Shown here one piece after another: positions 49,929 to 60,473 of a stretch of DNA of 64,000 bases (its first letter is position 1; each line of letters starts with the position of its first letter). Both the position numbers and the translations under genes were made by a program. A model generated the notes under the pieces. The model searched no databases. It was not told the origin of the DNA and saw nothing but the letters and a program-made list of their open reading frames with translations. The stretch covers positions 1,472,001 to 1,536,000 of the forward strand of contig CBDFJG010000003.1 of NCBI GenBank assembly GCA_965248445.1. The letters are read 5' to 3'. The stretch comes from Planctomycetota bacterium (GTDB lineage Bacteria; Planctomycetota; JAJSAM01; JAJVHW01).

Positions 49929-52900
49929 ATGACCACGGAAGTCCATCGTTCCGACACCGCTGAGCCGCATCCCCAGCTCCCAACCGAGCCGGGTCCGGCG
50001 GCCCCGGATTCGGAGCCCGAGCGCTTCTCGCTGACCCACAAGGTCCGGCTGGTCACGGCGACCTCGCTGTTCGACGGCCACGACGCCTCGATCAACATCA
50101 TGCGCCGGATCGCGCAGAGTTGCGGCGCCGAGGTCATTCACCTCGGCCACAACCGCTCGGTGCTCGAGATCGTGGACGCGGCGATCGACGAGGATGCGCA
50201 GGGCATCGCGGTGACCTCCTACCAGGGCGGTCACAACGAGTACTTCCGCTACCTCCACGACCTGCTCGCGGAACGCGGCGGCGGACACGTGCGGATCTTC
50301 GGCGGCGGCGGCGGCGTGATCCTGCCCGAGGAGATCGAGGAGCTGCAGGCGTACGGGATCGAACGCATCTACTCGCCGGACGACGGCCGTTCGCTGGGTC
50401 TCAAGGGCATGGTTCAGGACATGCTCTCGCGCTGTGACTTCGCGACCGGCGGTGACGTGGACCTCGACGCGCTCTCTGCGGAGAACGCGCGCGACGTCGC
50501 CGTCGCGATCACCGAGGCGGAGCGGGACCCGAGCGCCATGCGGCAGAAGCTCGACGCCAAGCTGGCGGACGCGACCCGCGCGCCCGTCGTCGGCATCACA
50601 GGAACAGGCGGCGCGGGCAAATCGTCACTCATCGACGAACTGGTCCGGCGGTTCCTGCGCGACTTCGACGACAAGTCGCTCGCGATCCTGTCGGTGGATC
50701 CCTCACGCCGCAAGACCGGCGGCGCGCTGCTCGGCGACCGCATCCGCATGAACTCGGTGAGCGGAAACCCGCGCATCTACATGCGCTCGCTCGCGACACG
50801 GCAGGCCAACCTCGCGCTTGCCGGCTGCATCCTCGAAGCGCTCGACGTGCTGCAGGTCGCGGGCTTCGACCTGATCATCCTCGAGACCTCGGGCATCGGG
50901 CAGTCCGACACCGAGATCGTCGACTTCAGCTCTGTCGCCCTGTACGTGATGACGCCCGAGTACGGCGCCGCGACACAGCTCGAGAAGATCGACATGCTCG
51001 ACTTCGCCGACGTCGTCGCGATCAACAAGTTCGACCGCCGCGGCGCGCTGGACGCCCTGCGCGACGTCAAGAAGCAGTGGAAGCGTAATCACGAGCAGTT
51101 CCACATGGACGACGACGACGTGCCGGTGTTCGGCACGATGGCGTCGCAGTTCAACGACGCCGGCGCCAATGCGCTCTACCTGGCGCTGATGGCGTGCATC
51201 GTCGAGAAGACGGGCGCCGCGCTCGCCTCGACCCTCGACATCCGCACCGGGCTGCCGGATCTGCACCACGTCATCCCGCCGAGGCGCAACCGGTACCTCG
51301 CCGAGATCGCGGAGAACAACCGCGAGTACGACGCGTGGGCGCGCGAGCAAGCATCCATCGCGAGGCGGCTGTTCCAGCTCGACGGCGCGATCCGAGAGCT
51401 GGCCGACGGCGACACGACAGCCCTCGTCAGCGCGCGTGACGCTCTCGAGAAGAAGCTCGATCCGGCGTGCCGCGCGGCGCTCGACGGCTGGGACGACCTG
51501 GTGGCCAGGTACTCCGCTGCGCACTTCGCGTTCAAGGTGCGCGGCCGCGACGTGAAGGTGAAGCAGCGCTACGAGACTCTCAGTCATCTGGAGATTCCGA
51601 AGGTCGCCCTGCCGCGCTTCGAAGACTGGGGCGAGCGCCTGCGCTGGCTGCTCACCGAGAATGTCCCCGGCGCGTTCCCGTTCGCCGCGGGCGTGTTCCC
51701 ATTCAAGCGCGAGGGCGAGGACCCGACACGCATGTTCGCGGGCGAGGGCGGGCCCGAACGCACCAACCGGCGCTTCCACTACGTGTCGCTCGGGCAGCCG
51801 GCCGCGCGCCTCTCGACGGCGTTCGACTCGGTGACGCTCTACGGCGAGGACCCGGCTCGGCGTCCCGACATCTACGGCAAGGTCGGTAACGCAGGTGTGT
51901 CGATCTGCTCCCTCGACGACGCGAAGAAGCTCTACAGCGGGTTCGACCTATGCAGCGCGAAGACGTCCGTCTCGATGACCATCAACGGCCCGGCGCCGAT
52001 GCTCCTCGCGTTCTTCCTGAACGCCGCGATCGACCAACAGTGCGAGGTGTACATCCGCGAGAAGGGCCTGGCGGAGGAGATCGACGGCAAGATCGACGCG
52101 CTCTACCGCGAAAAGGGCGTGCCCCGTCCGCACTACACCGGCGAACTGCCCGAGGGCAACGACGGCCTCGGCCTTCTGCTCCTCGGAGTCACCGGCGACC
52201 AGGTGCTGTCGGCCAAGAACTACGCGGCGTGCAAGGAGCGCGCGCTCCAGTCGGTGCGCGGCACGGTGCAGGCGGACATCCTGAAGGAAGACCAGGCCCA
52301 GAATACCTGCATCTTCTCGACCGAGTTCGCACTACGGATGATGGGCGACATCCAGCAGCACTTCGTCGACCACGGAGTGCGCAACTTCTACTCCGTGTCG
52401 ATCAGCGGCTACCACATCGCCGAAGCCGGCGCGAACCCGATCACGCAGCTCGCACTGACGCTCAGCAACGGGTTCACGTTCGTCGAGTACTACCTCGCAC
52501 GCGGGATGGAGGTCGACGCGTTCGCACGGAACCTGTCGTTCTTCTTCAGCAACGGACTCGACCCCGAGTACGCGGTCATCGGCCGCGTGGCCCGCCGCAT
52601 CTGGGCCAAGGCAATGAAGCTCAAGTACGGCGCGAACGAGCGCAGCCAGAAGCTCAAGTACCACATCCAGACGAGCGGCCGCTCCCTGCACGCGCAGGAG
52701 ATCTCGTTCAACGACATCCGCACGACGCTGCAGGCGCTCTACGCGATCTATGACAACTGCAACAGCCTGCACACGAACGCGTACGACGAGGCGATCACGA
52801 CGCCCACCGAGGAGTCCGTTCGCCGTGCCATCGCGATCCAGCTGATCATCAATCGCGAACTCGGACTGGCGAAGAACGAGAACCCGCTGCAGGGCAGCTT

Positions 52901-53357
52901 CATCGCCGAGGAACTGACCGACCTCGTCGAAGAGGCGGTCTACGCGGAGTTCGAGCGCATCAGCGAGCGCGGCGGCGTCCTCGGCGCAATGGAGACGATG
53001 TACCAGCGCGGCAAGATCCAGGAGGAGTCGCTCTATTACGAGCAGCAGAAGATGAGCGGCGAGCTCCCGATCATCGGCGTGAACACGTACATCGGTCCCG
53101 ACGGCTCCCCTATCGAGAAGCCGAAGGAGGTCATGCGTTCCACCGACGAAGAGAAGGAGCAGCAGATCGCGAGCCTTGCAGCGCTGCAGAAGCGCAACGA
53201 GGCCGACCGTCCCGCCGCCCTCACTCGCCTCCAGGAAGTCGCCGAAGCCGGCGGCAACGTGTTCGAGCAGTTGATGGAGACTGTCAAGGTCGCGAGCCTC
53301 GGCCAGATCAGCGCAGCCCTCTACGACGTCGGCGGCCAGTACCGCCGGAACATGTAG
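49929..53357 (+). CDS. icmF: Fused isobutyryl-CoA mutase (B12 domain - GTPase - mutase)
   Basis: [26 protein letters not shown] (Phe specificity position) and KEDQAQNT motifs. Alternative start at 49908. Confidence 0.93.
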   Translation: MTTEVHRSDTAEPHPQLPTEPGPAAPDSEPERFSLTHKVRLVTATSLFDGHDASINIMRRIAQSCGAEVIHLGHNRSVLEIVDAAIDEDAQGIAVTSYQGGHNEYFRYLHDLLAERGGGHVRIFGGGGGVILPEEIEELQAYGIERIYSPDDGRSLGLKGMVQDMLSRCDFATGGDVDLDALSAENARDVAVAITEAERDPSAMRQKLDAKLADATRAPVVGITGTGGAGKSSLIDELVRRFLRDFDDKSLAILSVDPSRRKTGGALLGDRIRMNSVSGNPRIYMRSLATRQANLALAGCILEALDVLQVAGFDLIILETSGIGQSDTEIVDFSSVALYVMTPEYGAATQLEKIDMLDFADVVAINKFDRRGALDALRDVKKQWKRNHEQFHMDDDDVPVFGTMASQFNDAGANALYLALMACIVEKTGAALASTLDIRTGLPDLHHVIPPRRNRYLAEIAENNREYDAWAREQASIARRLFQLDGAIRELADGDTTALVSARDALEKKLDPACRAALDGWDDLVARYSAAHFAFKVRGRDVKVKQRYETLSHLEIPKVALPRFEDWGERLRWLLTENVPGAFPFAAGVFPFKREGEDPTRMFAGEGGPERTNRRFHYVSLGQPAARLSTAFDSVTLYGEDPARRPDIYGKVGNAGVSICSLDDAKKLYSGFDLCSAKTSVSMTINGPAPMLLAFFLNAAIDQQCEVYIREKGLAEEIDGKIDALYREKGVPRPHYTGELPEGNDGLGLLLLGVTGDQVLSAKNYAACKERALQSVRGTVQADILKEDQAQNTCIFSTEFALRMMGDIQQHFVDHGVRNFYSVSISGYHIAEAGANPITQLALTLSNGFTFVEYYLARGMEVDAFARNLSFFFSNGLDPEYAVIGRVARRIWAKAMKLKYGANERSQKLKYHIQTSGRSLHAQEISFNDIRTTLQALYAIYDNCNSLHTNAYDEAITTPTEESVRRAIAIQLIINRELGLAKNENPLQGSFIAEELTDLVEEAVYAEFERISERGGVLGAMETMYQRGKIQEESLYYEQQKMSGELPIIGVNTYIGPDGSPIEKPKEVMRSTDEEKEQQIASLAALQKRNEADRPAALTRLQEVAEAGGNVFEQLMETVKVASLGQISAALYDVGGQYRRNM

Positions 53358-53365
53358 GAGCCGCC

Positions 53366-55075
53366 TTGGCGGACTCCGCTCTGCCGGACTTCCCCACGCC
53401 GTCCTACGACGACTGGCGCCGCGCCGCCGAGAAGGCGCTGCGCGGCAAGCCGTTCGAATCGCTGACATGGAAGACCGACGATGGGTTCGAGATCGCCGCC
53501 TTCGAGGGACCCGTGGAGTCGGACGTCCCCACACCGGCCGGCGGCACACCGCTCACGTGCTACTCCGTGTACGCGCTCGGCGACACGAACGATGTCGCGG
53601 ACAGGATTGAACACACCCTCGGACACGGGTTCGACCTCGTGCTCCTGGGTGCGCACGGAGCATCGATCGAGATTCGCGATCGCGCTCAGACGAGTTCCGT
53701 GCTCATCGAAGCGCCCTACTCGGGGGAGAACGATGCTGCGTGGGCCGCGTCCGCCGTTCGAGGCGGGGTCGCAGGACTCGTCTTCGGTGGCGCCCTCGAC
53801 TGCAACAGTGCCGCCATCCAGCTTGCGGACACGTTCTGCCACGTAGTCTGGTTCCTCCGGGGGCGGGAGCGTGGCGCCCACGGCCTGTCACCCGACGACC
53901 TGGCGCGTGCACTGGTGCTCCCGGTTTCCCTTGGCCCCGACGTCGTCGCGGCGACGTCGAAGCTCCGTGCCGCGAGGGCGCTCTGGCCGCGTGTCGCGGC
54001 GTCCGCGGGCGTCTCCCCCGCGGCGGCGGCAGCCACGCGCCTGCTGGCGTGCCGATCCAGCTACTGCGACACACGGTTCGAGCCGGAGAACAACCTGATT
54101 CGCGCCACGCTCAGCCTGTTCACCGGCCTGTGCGCCGGGGCCGACATCGTCCTTCTCGATTCGTACGGCGGCGGAGACGACGACTGCGCCACCGCGCAAC
54201 TTGCCCTCCATCAGGCGCATCTGATGATCGAGGAATCGCTTCTTACGGCGGTGTCGGATCCGTTCGCCGGGGCACCCGCGATCGGCGCGCTGACGAATCG
54301 GCTCTTCGATCTCAGTGTCGCGCATCTCCGAACCCTCGAGGAAGGCGGCTGGAACCGGGAGCGGGACGACGGTCCTTCATTCCGCGACCTGCTTCCGGTG
54401 ATGCAGCAAGCGGAACGGCACTACGACGACATCGTCACTCGGCGCCGCGTGATCGTCGGAGTGAACCGCTTCGCCGCCCCCGGGCGTGACACCGAGATCG
54501 AGTCGATGCATCCCGAGGAGTTCGAGTGGCACTACGCGGAGGATGGTCAAGACGAGGCCGGTTGCCATCTCGGAGTCCTGCTCGTCGCATCGGACTGCTT
54601 CGACCTGCTGCGTGACCGCGTGCTCGGACACGTCGCCGCCGGCGAGCGGCGGCCCGTCGCGCTGGTCGTCGCGGCCGGCAACCCGAAGGCCGTGCGGCCA
54701 CAGGCGGCCTTCGCCGCCGACTTCCTCCGCTGCGGCGGATTCGACGTCGAGGTCCCGGACCCGGGGGCTACTCCGAGTGACGCCACGGCACTGCTGCGCG
54801 GCCGCGTGTTCGACGCGCTTGTGATCTGCGGCGACGACGACGTCACCACCGCGATCGAAGCGGCCACCGACATGCCGTTCTACCGCGTTGGCAAGAGCGG
54901 GTCCGACTCGGACCGCGTCATCACGCGCCTCCACGAGGGTGTTGACGCCGTGGCAATCCTCGCCGACGCCCTGGACCGGGCCTGCGTGCCGCGCGTCCCG
55001 CTTCCCGTCCACGAGGACGACGTGGACGGCGAGGAGTTCCTCGCCGACGTCGCGAACCTGGGGGAGTGGGACTGA
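53366..55075 (+). CDS. mutA: Methylmalonyl-CoA mutase small (non-catalytic) subunit, divergent
   Basis: F...[28 protein letters not shown] and IVGVNRF motifs; no DxHxxG. Confidence 0.8.
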   Translation: MADSALPDFPTPSYDDWRRAAEKALRGKPFESLTWKTDDGFEIAAFEGPVESDVPTPAGGTPLTCYSVYALGDTNDVADRIEHTLGHGFDLVLLGAHGASIEIRDRAQTSSVLIEAPYSGENDAAWAASAVRGGVAGLVFGGALDCNSAAIQLADTFCHVVWFLRGRERGAHGLSPDDLARALVLPVSLGPDVVAATSKLRAARALWPRVAASAGVSPAAAAATRLLACRSSYCDTRFEPENNLIRATLSLFTGLCAGADIVLLDSYGGGDDDCATAQLALHQAHLMIEESLLTAVSDPFAGAPAIGALTNRLFDLSVAHLRTLEEGGWNRERDDGPSFRDLLPVMQQAERHYDDIVTRRRVIVGVNRFAAPGRDTEIESMHPEEFEWHYAEDGQDEAGCHLGVLLVASDCFDLLRDRVLGHVAAGERRPVALVVAAGNPKAVRPQAAFAADFLRCGGFDVEVPDPGATPSDATALLRGRVFDALVICGDDDVTTAIEAATDMPFYRVGKSGSDSDRVITRLHEGVDAVAILADALDRACVPRVPLPVHEDDVDGEEFLADVANLGEWD

Positions 55076-57156
55076 TGCCGTCGGTCTGGCGCACCCCCGA
55101 GGGCATCGACGTCAAGCGGAGGTATACCGCGGACGACATCGCGGACGTCCCCCATCTCGGCGGCTACCCGGGCATCGCGCCGTTCGTGCGCGGACCGTAC
55201 GCCACGATGTACACGACGCGGCCGTGGACCATCCGGCAGTACGCGGGATTCTCGACAGCCGCTGAGTCGAACGCCTTCTACCGGCGCAACCTGGCGGCGG
55301 GTCAGAAGGGCCTCAGCGTCGCGTTCGACCTGCCGACGCACCGCGGATACGACAGCGATCACGAGCGCGTGAGCGGCGACGTCGGCATGGCGGGCGTCGC
55401 GATCGACTCGATCATCGACATGCGCGCGTTGTTCGACGGCATCCCGCTCGGGACGACCTCCGTGTCGATGACCATGAACGGCGCGGTGATTCCGATCATG
55501 GCGCTCTACGTCGTCGCCGCCGAGGAGCAGGGCGTCACGCCCGAACAGCTCGCGGGCACGATCCAGAACGACGTGCTCAAGGAGTTCATGGTCCGGAACA
55601 CGTACATCTACCCGCCCGGTCCGAGCATGCGGATCGTCGGAGACGTCTTCTCGTACTGCTCCGAGCACATGCCGAAGTTCAACGCGATCTCGGTGTCCGG
55701 CTACCACATGCAAGAGGCCGGCGCGACGGCCGACATCGAGCTCGCCTACACGCTGGCCGACGGCCTCGAGTACCTGCGCACCGGACTCGACGCAGGCCTC
55801 GCGATCGACGACTTCGCCCCGCGCGTGTCGTTCTTCTTCGGCATCGGCATGAACGTGTTCATGGAGGTCGCGAAGCTCCGTGCGGCGCGGCTGCTCTGGG
55901 CGCGGATCGTCAAGCAGTTCGAGCCCGAGAACCCGAAGTCGATGATGCTGCGGACGCACTGCCAAACGTCCGGCTGGTCGCTCACGGCGCAGCAGCCCTG
56001 GAACAACGTCACGCGCACGTGCCTCGAAGCGCTCGCAGCCGTGCTCGGCGGCACGCAATCGCTGCACACCAACGCGTTGGACGAAGCGATCGCACTGCCG
56101 ACCGATTTCACGGCGCGCATCGCCCGCAACACGCAACTCGTTCTGCAGCACGAGACCGACCTCTGCAAGACGATCGATCCGCTCGGCGGCTCGTACTTCA
56201 TCGAGAAGCTCACGCACGATCTGGCTGAGCGCGCGTGGAGCCACATCCAGGAGGTCGAGGAACTCGGCGGCATGCGCCGGGCCATCGAAGCCGGTCTCCC
56301 CCAGCGCCGCATCGAGGAGGCCGCCGCTCGCAAGCAGGCGCGCATCGACACCGGCAAGGACGTCATCGTGGGCGTCAATCGCTACGTGGAGGAGGACGAG
56401 GGCGAGCCCCTCGAGACCCTCGTGGTCGACAACACCGCCGTCCGCACCGCACAGATCGAGCAACTACAGTCATTGCGCGCCTCGCGGGACAGCGCGGCCT
56501 GCCGGGCCGCGGTCGCAGCCCTGACCGAGGGTGCCCGCGGCGGCGGCAACCTGCTCGCTCTGGCCATCGATTGCGCGCGCGCGGGCGCTACTGTCGGGGA
56601 GATGAGCGATGCGATGGAAGCCGTGTTCGGCCGCCATCGCGCGGAGCCCCGCACCATCGCCGGCGTGTATGCCGCGGAGGCCGAGGACATGAGCACGATG
56701 AAGGACGTGCAGGAGCGCGTCACCGACTTCGCCCGGCGCGAGGGCCGCCGGCCGCGGCTGCTCGTCGCCAAGATCGGGCAGGACGGACACGACCGTGGCG
56801 CCAAGGTCGTCGCCACCGCGTTCGCCGACATGGGATTCGACGTGGACATGGGACCGCTGTTCCAGACGCCGGCCGAGGTCGCCCGCCAGGCCGTCGAGAA
56901 CGACGTACACGTGGCGGGCGTGTCGTCGCTCGCGGGCGGACACCGCACGCTCGTTCCGGAGTTGATCGCGGAACTGGCTCAGCTCGGCCGAGCGGACATC
57001 CTGGTCGTTGCAGGCGGCGTGATCCCGGACCAGGACAAGGAACCACTGCTCGCGGCGGGAGCCGTCGCGATCTTCGGCCCCGGCACCGTGATCCCCGACG
57101 CCGCGAACAGCGTGCTGGACCTGCTGTTCGAACGCCTCGAGGCCCGGGGGCGATAG
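55075..57156 (+). CDS. mutB: Methylmalonyl-CoA mutase large subunit
   Basis: IRQYAGF, EFMVRNT, RIARNT and QDGHDRG motifs. Confidence 0.95.
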   Translation: MPSVWRTPEGIDVKRRYTADDIADVPHLGGYPGIAPFVRGPYATMYTTRPWTIRQYAGFSTAAESNAFYRRNLAAGQKGLSVAFDLPTHRGYDSDHERVSGDVGMAGVAIDSIIDMRALFDGIPLGTTSVSMTMNGAVIPIMALYVVAAEEQGVTPEQLAGTIQNDVLKEFMVRNTYIYPPGPSMRIVGDVFSYCSEHMPKFNAISVSGYHMQEAGATADIELAYTLADGLEYLRTGLDAGLAIDDFAPRVSFFFGIGMNVFMEVAKLRAARLLWARIVKQFEPENPKSMMLRTHCQTSGWSLTAQQPWNNVTRTCLEALAAVLGGTQSLHTNALDEAIALPTDFTARIARNTQLVLQHETDLCKTIDPLGGSYFIEKLTHDLAERAWSHIQEVEELGGMRRAIEAGLPQRRIEEAAARKQARIDTGKDVIVGVNRYVEEDEGEPLETLVVDNTAVRTAQIEQLQSLRASRDSAACRAAVAALTEGARGGGNLLALAIDCARAGATVGEMSDAMEAVFGRHRAEPRTIAGVYAAEAEDMSTMKDVQERVTDFARREGRRPRLLVAKIGQDGHDRGAKVVATAFADMGFDVDMGPLFQTPAEVARQAVENDVHVAGVSSLAGGHRTLVPELIAELAQLGRADILVVAGGVIPDQDKEPLLAAGAVAIFGPGTVIPDAANSVLDLLFERLEARGR

Positions 57157-57167
57157 AACAGGGGACG

Positions 57168-58559
57168 ATGAAGAGCAGCGATCTCGACAGACTGGCAGAG
57201 GAGGTGCGCGCGGGTCAGCGCGCGTCGCTCGCCCGCGCCATCACGCTGGTCGAGAGTACACAGGCAGACGACGCGGAGGACGCGCTCGCCCTCCTCGAGC
57301 GTCTGCTCGACCACACCGGAAAGTCGATCCGCGTCGGCATCTCCGGCGTTCCGGGCGTCGGCAAGAGCACGTTCATCGAGGCACTCGGCATGAAGCTGGT
57401 CGAGCGCGGCCACTCGGTGTCGGTGCTCGCCGTCGATCCGTCGAGCGCCGTCTCCGGAGGCAGCTTGCTCGGCGACAAGACGCGAATGGCCGACCTGTCG
57501 CGCGCGGACACCGCGTACGTGCGGCCCAGTCCTGGCGGTCGCACACTCGGCGGCGTCGCGCGGCGCACCCGCGAAGCGATGCTGGTCTGCGAAGCGGCCG
57601 GCCACGACGTCATCCTGGTCGAGACGATCGGCGTCGGACAGTCCGAGATCGCGGTGGCCGGCATGGTCGACGTGTTCCTGCTGCTGTCGCTGGCGGGAGC
57701 GGGCGACGAACTGCAGGGCATCAAGCGCGGAATCACGGAGATGGCGGACGTCGTGGTCGTCAACAAGGCGGACGGCGACAACGAGGAGCGCGCCAAGCAA
57801 GCCGCCGCGGAGCTGAACGCCGCCGTCGCCATGCTGCGCCCCTCGCCGCTCGCAGAGGGCGAGACGCACCGGCCCGTGCTCACGTGCTCATCGCGCAGCG
57901 GCGACGGCATCGACGCAGTGTGGGACGCCGTCGCCGCGCTGCACGCGGGTGCGAAGAGCGACGGCCGCCTCGACGAGCGCCGCCGCCGCCAGCGTGTGCA
58001 CTGGCTCGACGACGCGGTCGACGACCTGCTTCGCACACGCCTCGACTCGGACCCGGACACGCGCGGGGCCCGAGAGTCGCTCGCCCGCGCCGTCCGCGAG
58101 GGCGCTCTCTCCCCGCTCGCCGCCGCGCACCAGATCGTCGACGTGTTCCAGGGCGAGGACGCCGTGGACACCACGTCACTCGGCGAGACCTTTCCCTTCC
58201 ACGACACCGACGCCGCCCGCGAGTGGCTGACGCGCGCGGTGGCCACCGGTGCGGGGAACGTGCTCGCGACGGCTCGCGCCATCGCGACCGGGCCGGGGGA
58301 TCCTGCTCCGACGAACGAGCAGCGCCTCACGCACCTGGCCGAGCTCTCGGAGATGTCGCCGCATGACGCCCTTGCAGGAGCCGTGGGCGTGCACCGTCAG
58401 TTCGTGACGGGCGACGTGCCTCCGGACGACGTCCGCTCCGCGCTCGACCGGCTGTCTGATGCCGCTCCCGAGCTGGCCAAGCGCGACCGCGCCGCACCGG
58501 ACTCGCTCGACGTTCTCGAGTCGCTCATGCAGCTGGAAGAGGATCTGCTCGACCGCTGA
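57168..58559 (+). CDS. meaB: Methylmalonyl-CoA mutase-associated GTPase with a ~131 aa C-terminal extension
   Basis: GVPGVGKS, VDPSS, GDKTRM, ETIGVGQSE and NKAD motifs. Confidence 0.9.
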   Translation: MKSSDLDRLAEEVRAGQRASLARAITLVESTQADDAEDALALLERLLDHTGKSIRVGISGVPGVGKSTFIEALGMKLVERGHSVSVLAVDPSSAVSGGSLLGDKTRMADLSRADTAYVRPSPGGRTLGGVARRTREAMLVCEAAGHDVILVETIGVGQSEIAVAGMVDVFLLLSLAGAGDELQGIKRGITEMADVVVVNKADGDNEERAKQAAAELNAAVAMLRPSPLAEGETHRPVLTCSSRSGDGIDAVWDAVAALHAGAKSDGRLDERRRRQRVHWLDDAVDDLLRTRLDSDPDTRGARESLARAVREGALSPLAAAHQIVDVFQGEDAVDTTSLGETFPFHDTDAAREWLTRAVATGAGNVLATARAIATGPGDPAPTNEQRLTHLAELSEMSPHDALAGAVGVHRQFVTGDVPPDDVRSALDRLSDAAPELAKRDRAAPDSLDVLESLMQLEEDLLDR

Positions 58560-58584
58560 CCCGTGGGCTCGTAGCGTGCGCTGC

Positions 58585-59061
58585 ATGACCCGCATCACGA
58601 CTCTGCTCGCTCTGACATGTGTCCTCGGCGCGCTCCTCGCGTGCTCCCCCGACGCTCCCGCGCCGGTCACACCCGCCCCGATCGCTCCAGCACCGGCACC
58701 GGCCCCGGATGAGGCGGCGCCGGAGCCCGACCCCGCGCCCGCCGCGCTGCCCGAGATCGTCTACTACCAGATCGGTCCGCAATGACCCTTCTGCCAGCGC
58801 ATTGCCACCGCCGTGAGCGAGTTGGCGACGGACTACGAGGGCAAGATCACGACGCGCATCGAGCCCGCCGGCAGCGAAGAGGGCCAGGCCGCGAAGGTGA
58901 CGTACGGCTGGGATCGGAAGCTGCACGGTCTCGTGGCGCTGCTGCCTGACGGCACCCTGGTCGCGAACCTGCCCGGCCACAGCTATGCGCAAGATGTCGC
59001 GAGCGCCAAGGTCGAGGTGAAGAAGGCGGTCGAGGAACTGCTCGCCGCGAACGCGCGCTGA
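58585..59061 (+). CDS. Thioredoxin-like lipoprotein, probable selenoprotein (U-P-F-C; TGA at 58783-58785)
   Basis: Two in-frame ORFs are separated only by TGA, which is followed by PFC. Lipobox LLAC and a hairpin just after the TGA. Confidence 0.78.
58792..58827 (+). promoter_or_regulatory. Putative bacterial SECIS hairpin
   Basis: tgccagc/gttggcg lower stem, gccac/gtgagc upper stem and a cgcc loop 24 nt after the TGA. Confidence 0.5.
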
Positions 59062-59139
59062 CGTCGCGGGTTCGACGGGCGGGGTGTGGAGCCCCCGACC
59101 GTTCCTGGGCATCGATCACCCTAGGCGTTCTACCCGCCC

Positions 59140-60390
59140 CTATCTGAAGACGCGGCAGTTCGGATGACGGCCGCGGAATGCCGCGACTGCGTCGGCGGTC
59201 GTCTTGGTCCCGCGCAGGTCGAGGCTGCGCAGCGCCGACAACTCGTCGAGCACCTCGAGCGAACGATCCGTCACCCCGGTGAACTGGAGCATCAGCACCT
59301 CCAGCTTCTGCAGGTTGCGCAGGTTCTCGACGCCCGTGTCCGTCACGTTCGGGCAGCTGTAGATTCCGAGCCGCTCGAGATTGACGAGATCGCGCAGGTG
59401 CACCATTCCGGCGTCCGTCATCGTGGTGCTCGCGTTCAGGTCGCGCAGCCCCTTCATCTCGGCGAGGAACTGCAGCCCGGACTCGGTCACCTTGACCCCA
59501 CGCAGCCCGAGCTTCTCGATCGACGTCTGCGTCCGCAGGTGCGCCATCCCGGCGTCGGTGATGTTCTTGTTGTGCAGCAGGCTCAGCTCTCGCAGTTCGA
59601 ACGACTCGAGCCGTGCCAGGCCGGCATCCGAGACCCCGCTGAAGCCGACGCCGATGCTCTCGATCGGCAGGCCCTCGAGGTGCTTCAGACCTTCGTCCGT
59701 GATCTTGGTGCCGTCGAGGCGGATGTCGCGCAGCGTCGCGAGGTCCGCAACGGCCTCGAGCCCCGTGTCGGTCACCTGCGTGTTCATCATGCCGAGGCTC
59801 TCGATCGTCTTCGACTGCGAGAGCGCCGCGAGTCCTGCGTCCCCCACGATGGTCCCCTGCAGTTCGAGGTTGCGTAGCGACGGGTGATCCGCGAGCAGCG
59901 CGAGAGAGGCGTCCGTCACACCCGTGCCGCGGAGATTCAGATACGTCAGCGACGGGAGCTGCGCGATGTGCTTCAGATCGTCGGATGAGACGTTCGTGCG
60001 CGAGAGGTCGAGCGCACGCAGGTGGCGCAGCTGTTCCGCCGTCATCCCCGCGAACTTCGCGGGCGCCAGATTGCTCAGCCAGGCGATCGCAGCGAGTTGG
60101 TCGGGGTTGCTCGGTGACGTCGCCGGCTCGAGCGGCAGCGCTGCACCGGGCGGAGGCGGTGCCGACATCAACCGGTTGATCTCGCCGCGCGCGGCGCTGA
60201 GCTCGACTTCGAGCCGCGTGATCCGCCGCCAGGTCGGCAGATCGTCTATGGGAGCACCCGCCGGAAGTTCGCCGCCGTCGTCCTCCGAATCGGTCCCGGC
60301 GACGCTCGCCGCGAACAGCCCGGCGACGAACCCAACGGCAGCCGCGATCAACACCACGAGAAAGAAGGGCGCCGCATTCGGTCTGGCCAT
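59140..60390 (-). CDS. Membrane-anchored leucine-rich repeat protein
   Basis: N-terminal TM helix and about eleven LxxLxLxxTxVTDxGL repeats. Confidence 0.9.
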   Translation of the reverse strand: MARPNAAPFFLVVLIAAAVGFVAGLFAASVAGTDSEDDGGELPAGAPIDDLPTWRRITRLEVELSAARGEINRLMSAPPPPGAALPLEPATSPSNPDQLAAIAWLSNLAPAKFAGMTAEQLRHLRALDLSRTNVSSDDLKHIAQLPSLTYLNLRGTGVTDASLALLADHPSLRNLELQGTIVGDAGLAALSQSKTIESLGMMNTQVTDTGLEAVADLATLRDIRLDGTKITDEGLKHLEGLPIESIGVGFSGVSDAGLARLESFELRELSLLHNKNITDAGMAHLRTQTSIEKLGLRGVKVTESGLQFLAEMKGLRDLNASTTMTDAGMVHLRDLVNLERLGIYSCPNVTDTGVENLRNLQKLEVLMLQFTGVTDRSLEVLDELSALRSLDLRGTKTTADAVAAFRGRHPNCRVFR

Positions 60391-60473
60391 TGCGATCGCA
60401 ATCGTAGACTCCCGGCCGCGGGCGCGGGCCTCCGGCCCCCTGTACCGTGCGTGCTGAGACAGGAGGGCCGGTC

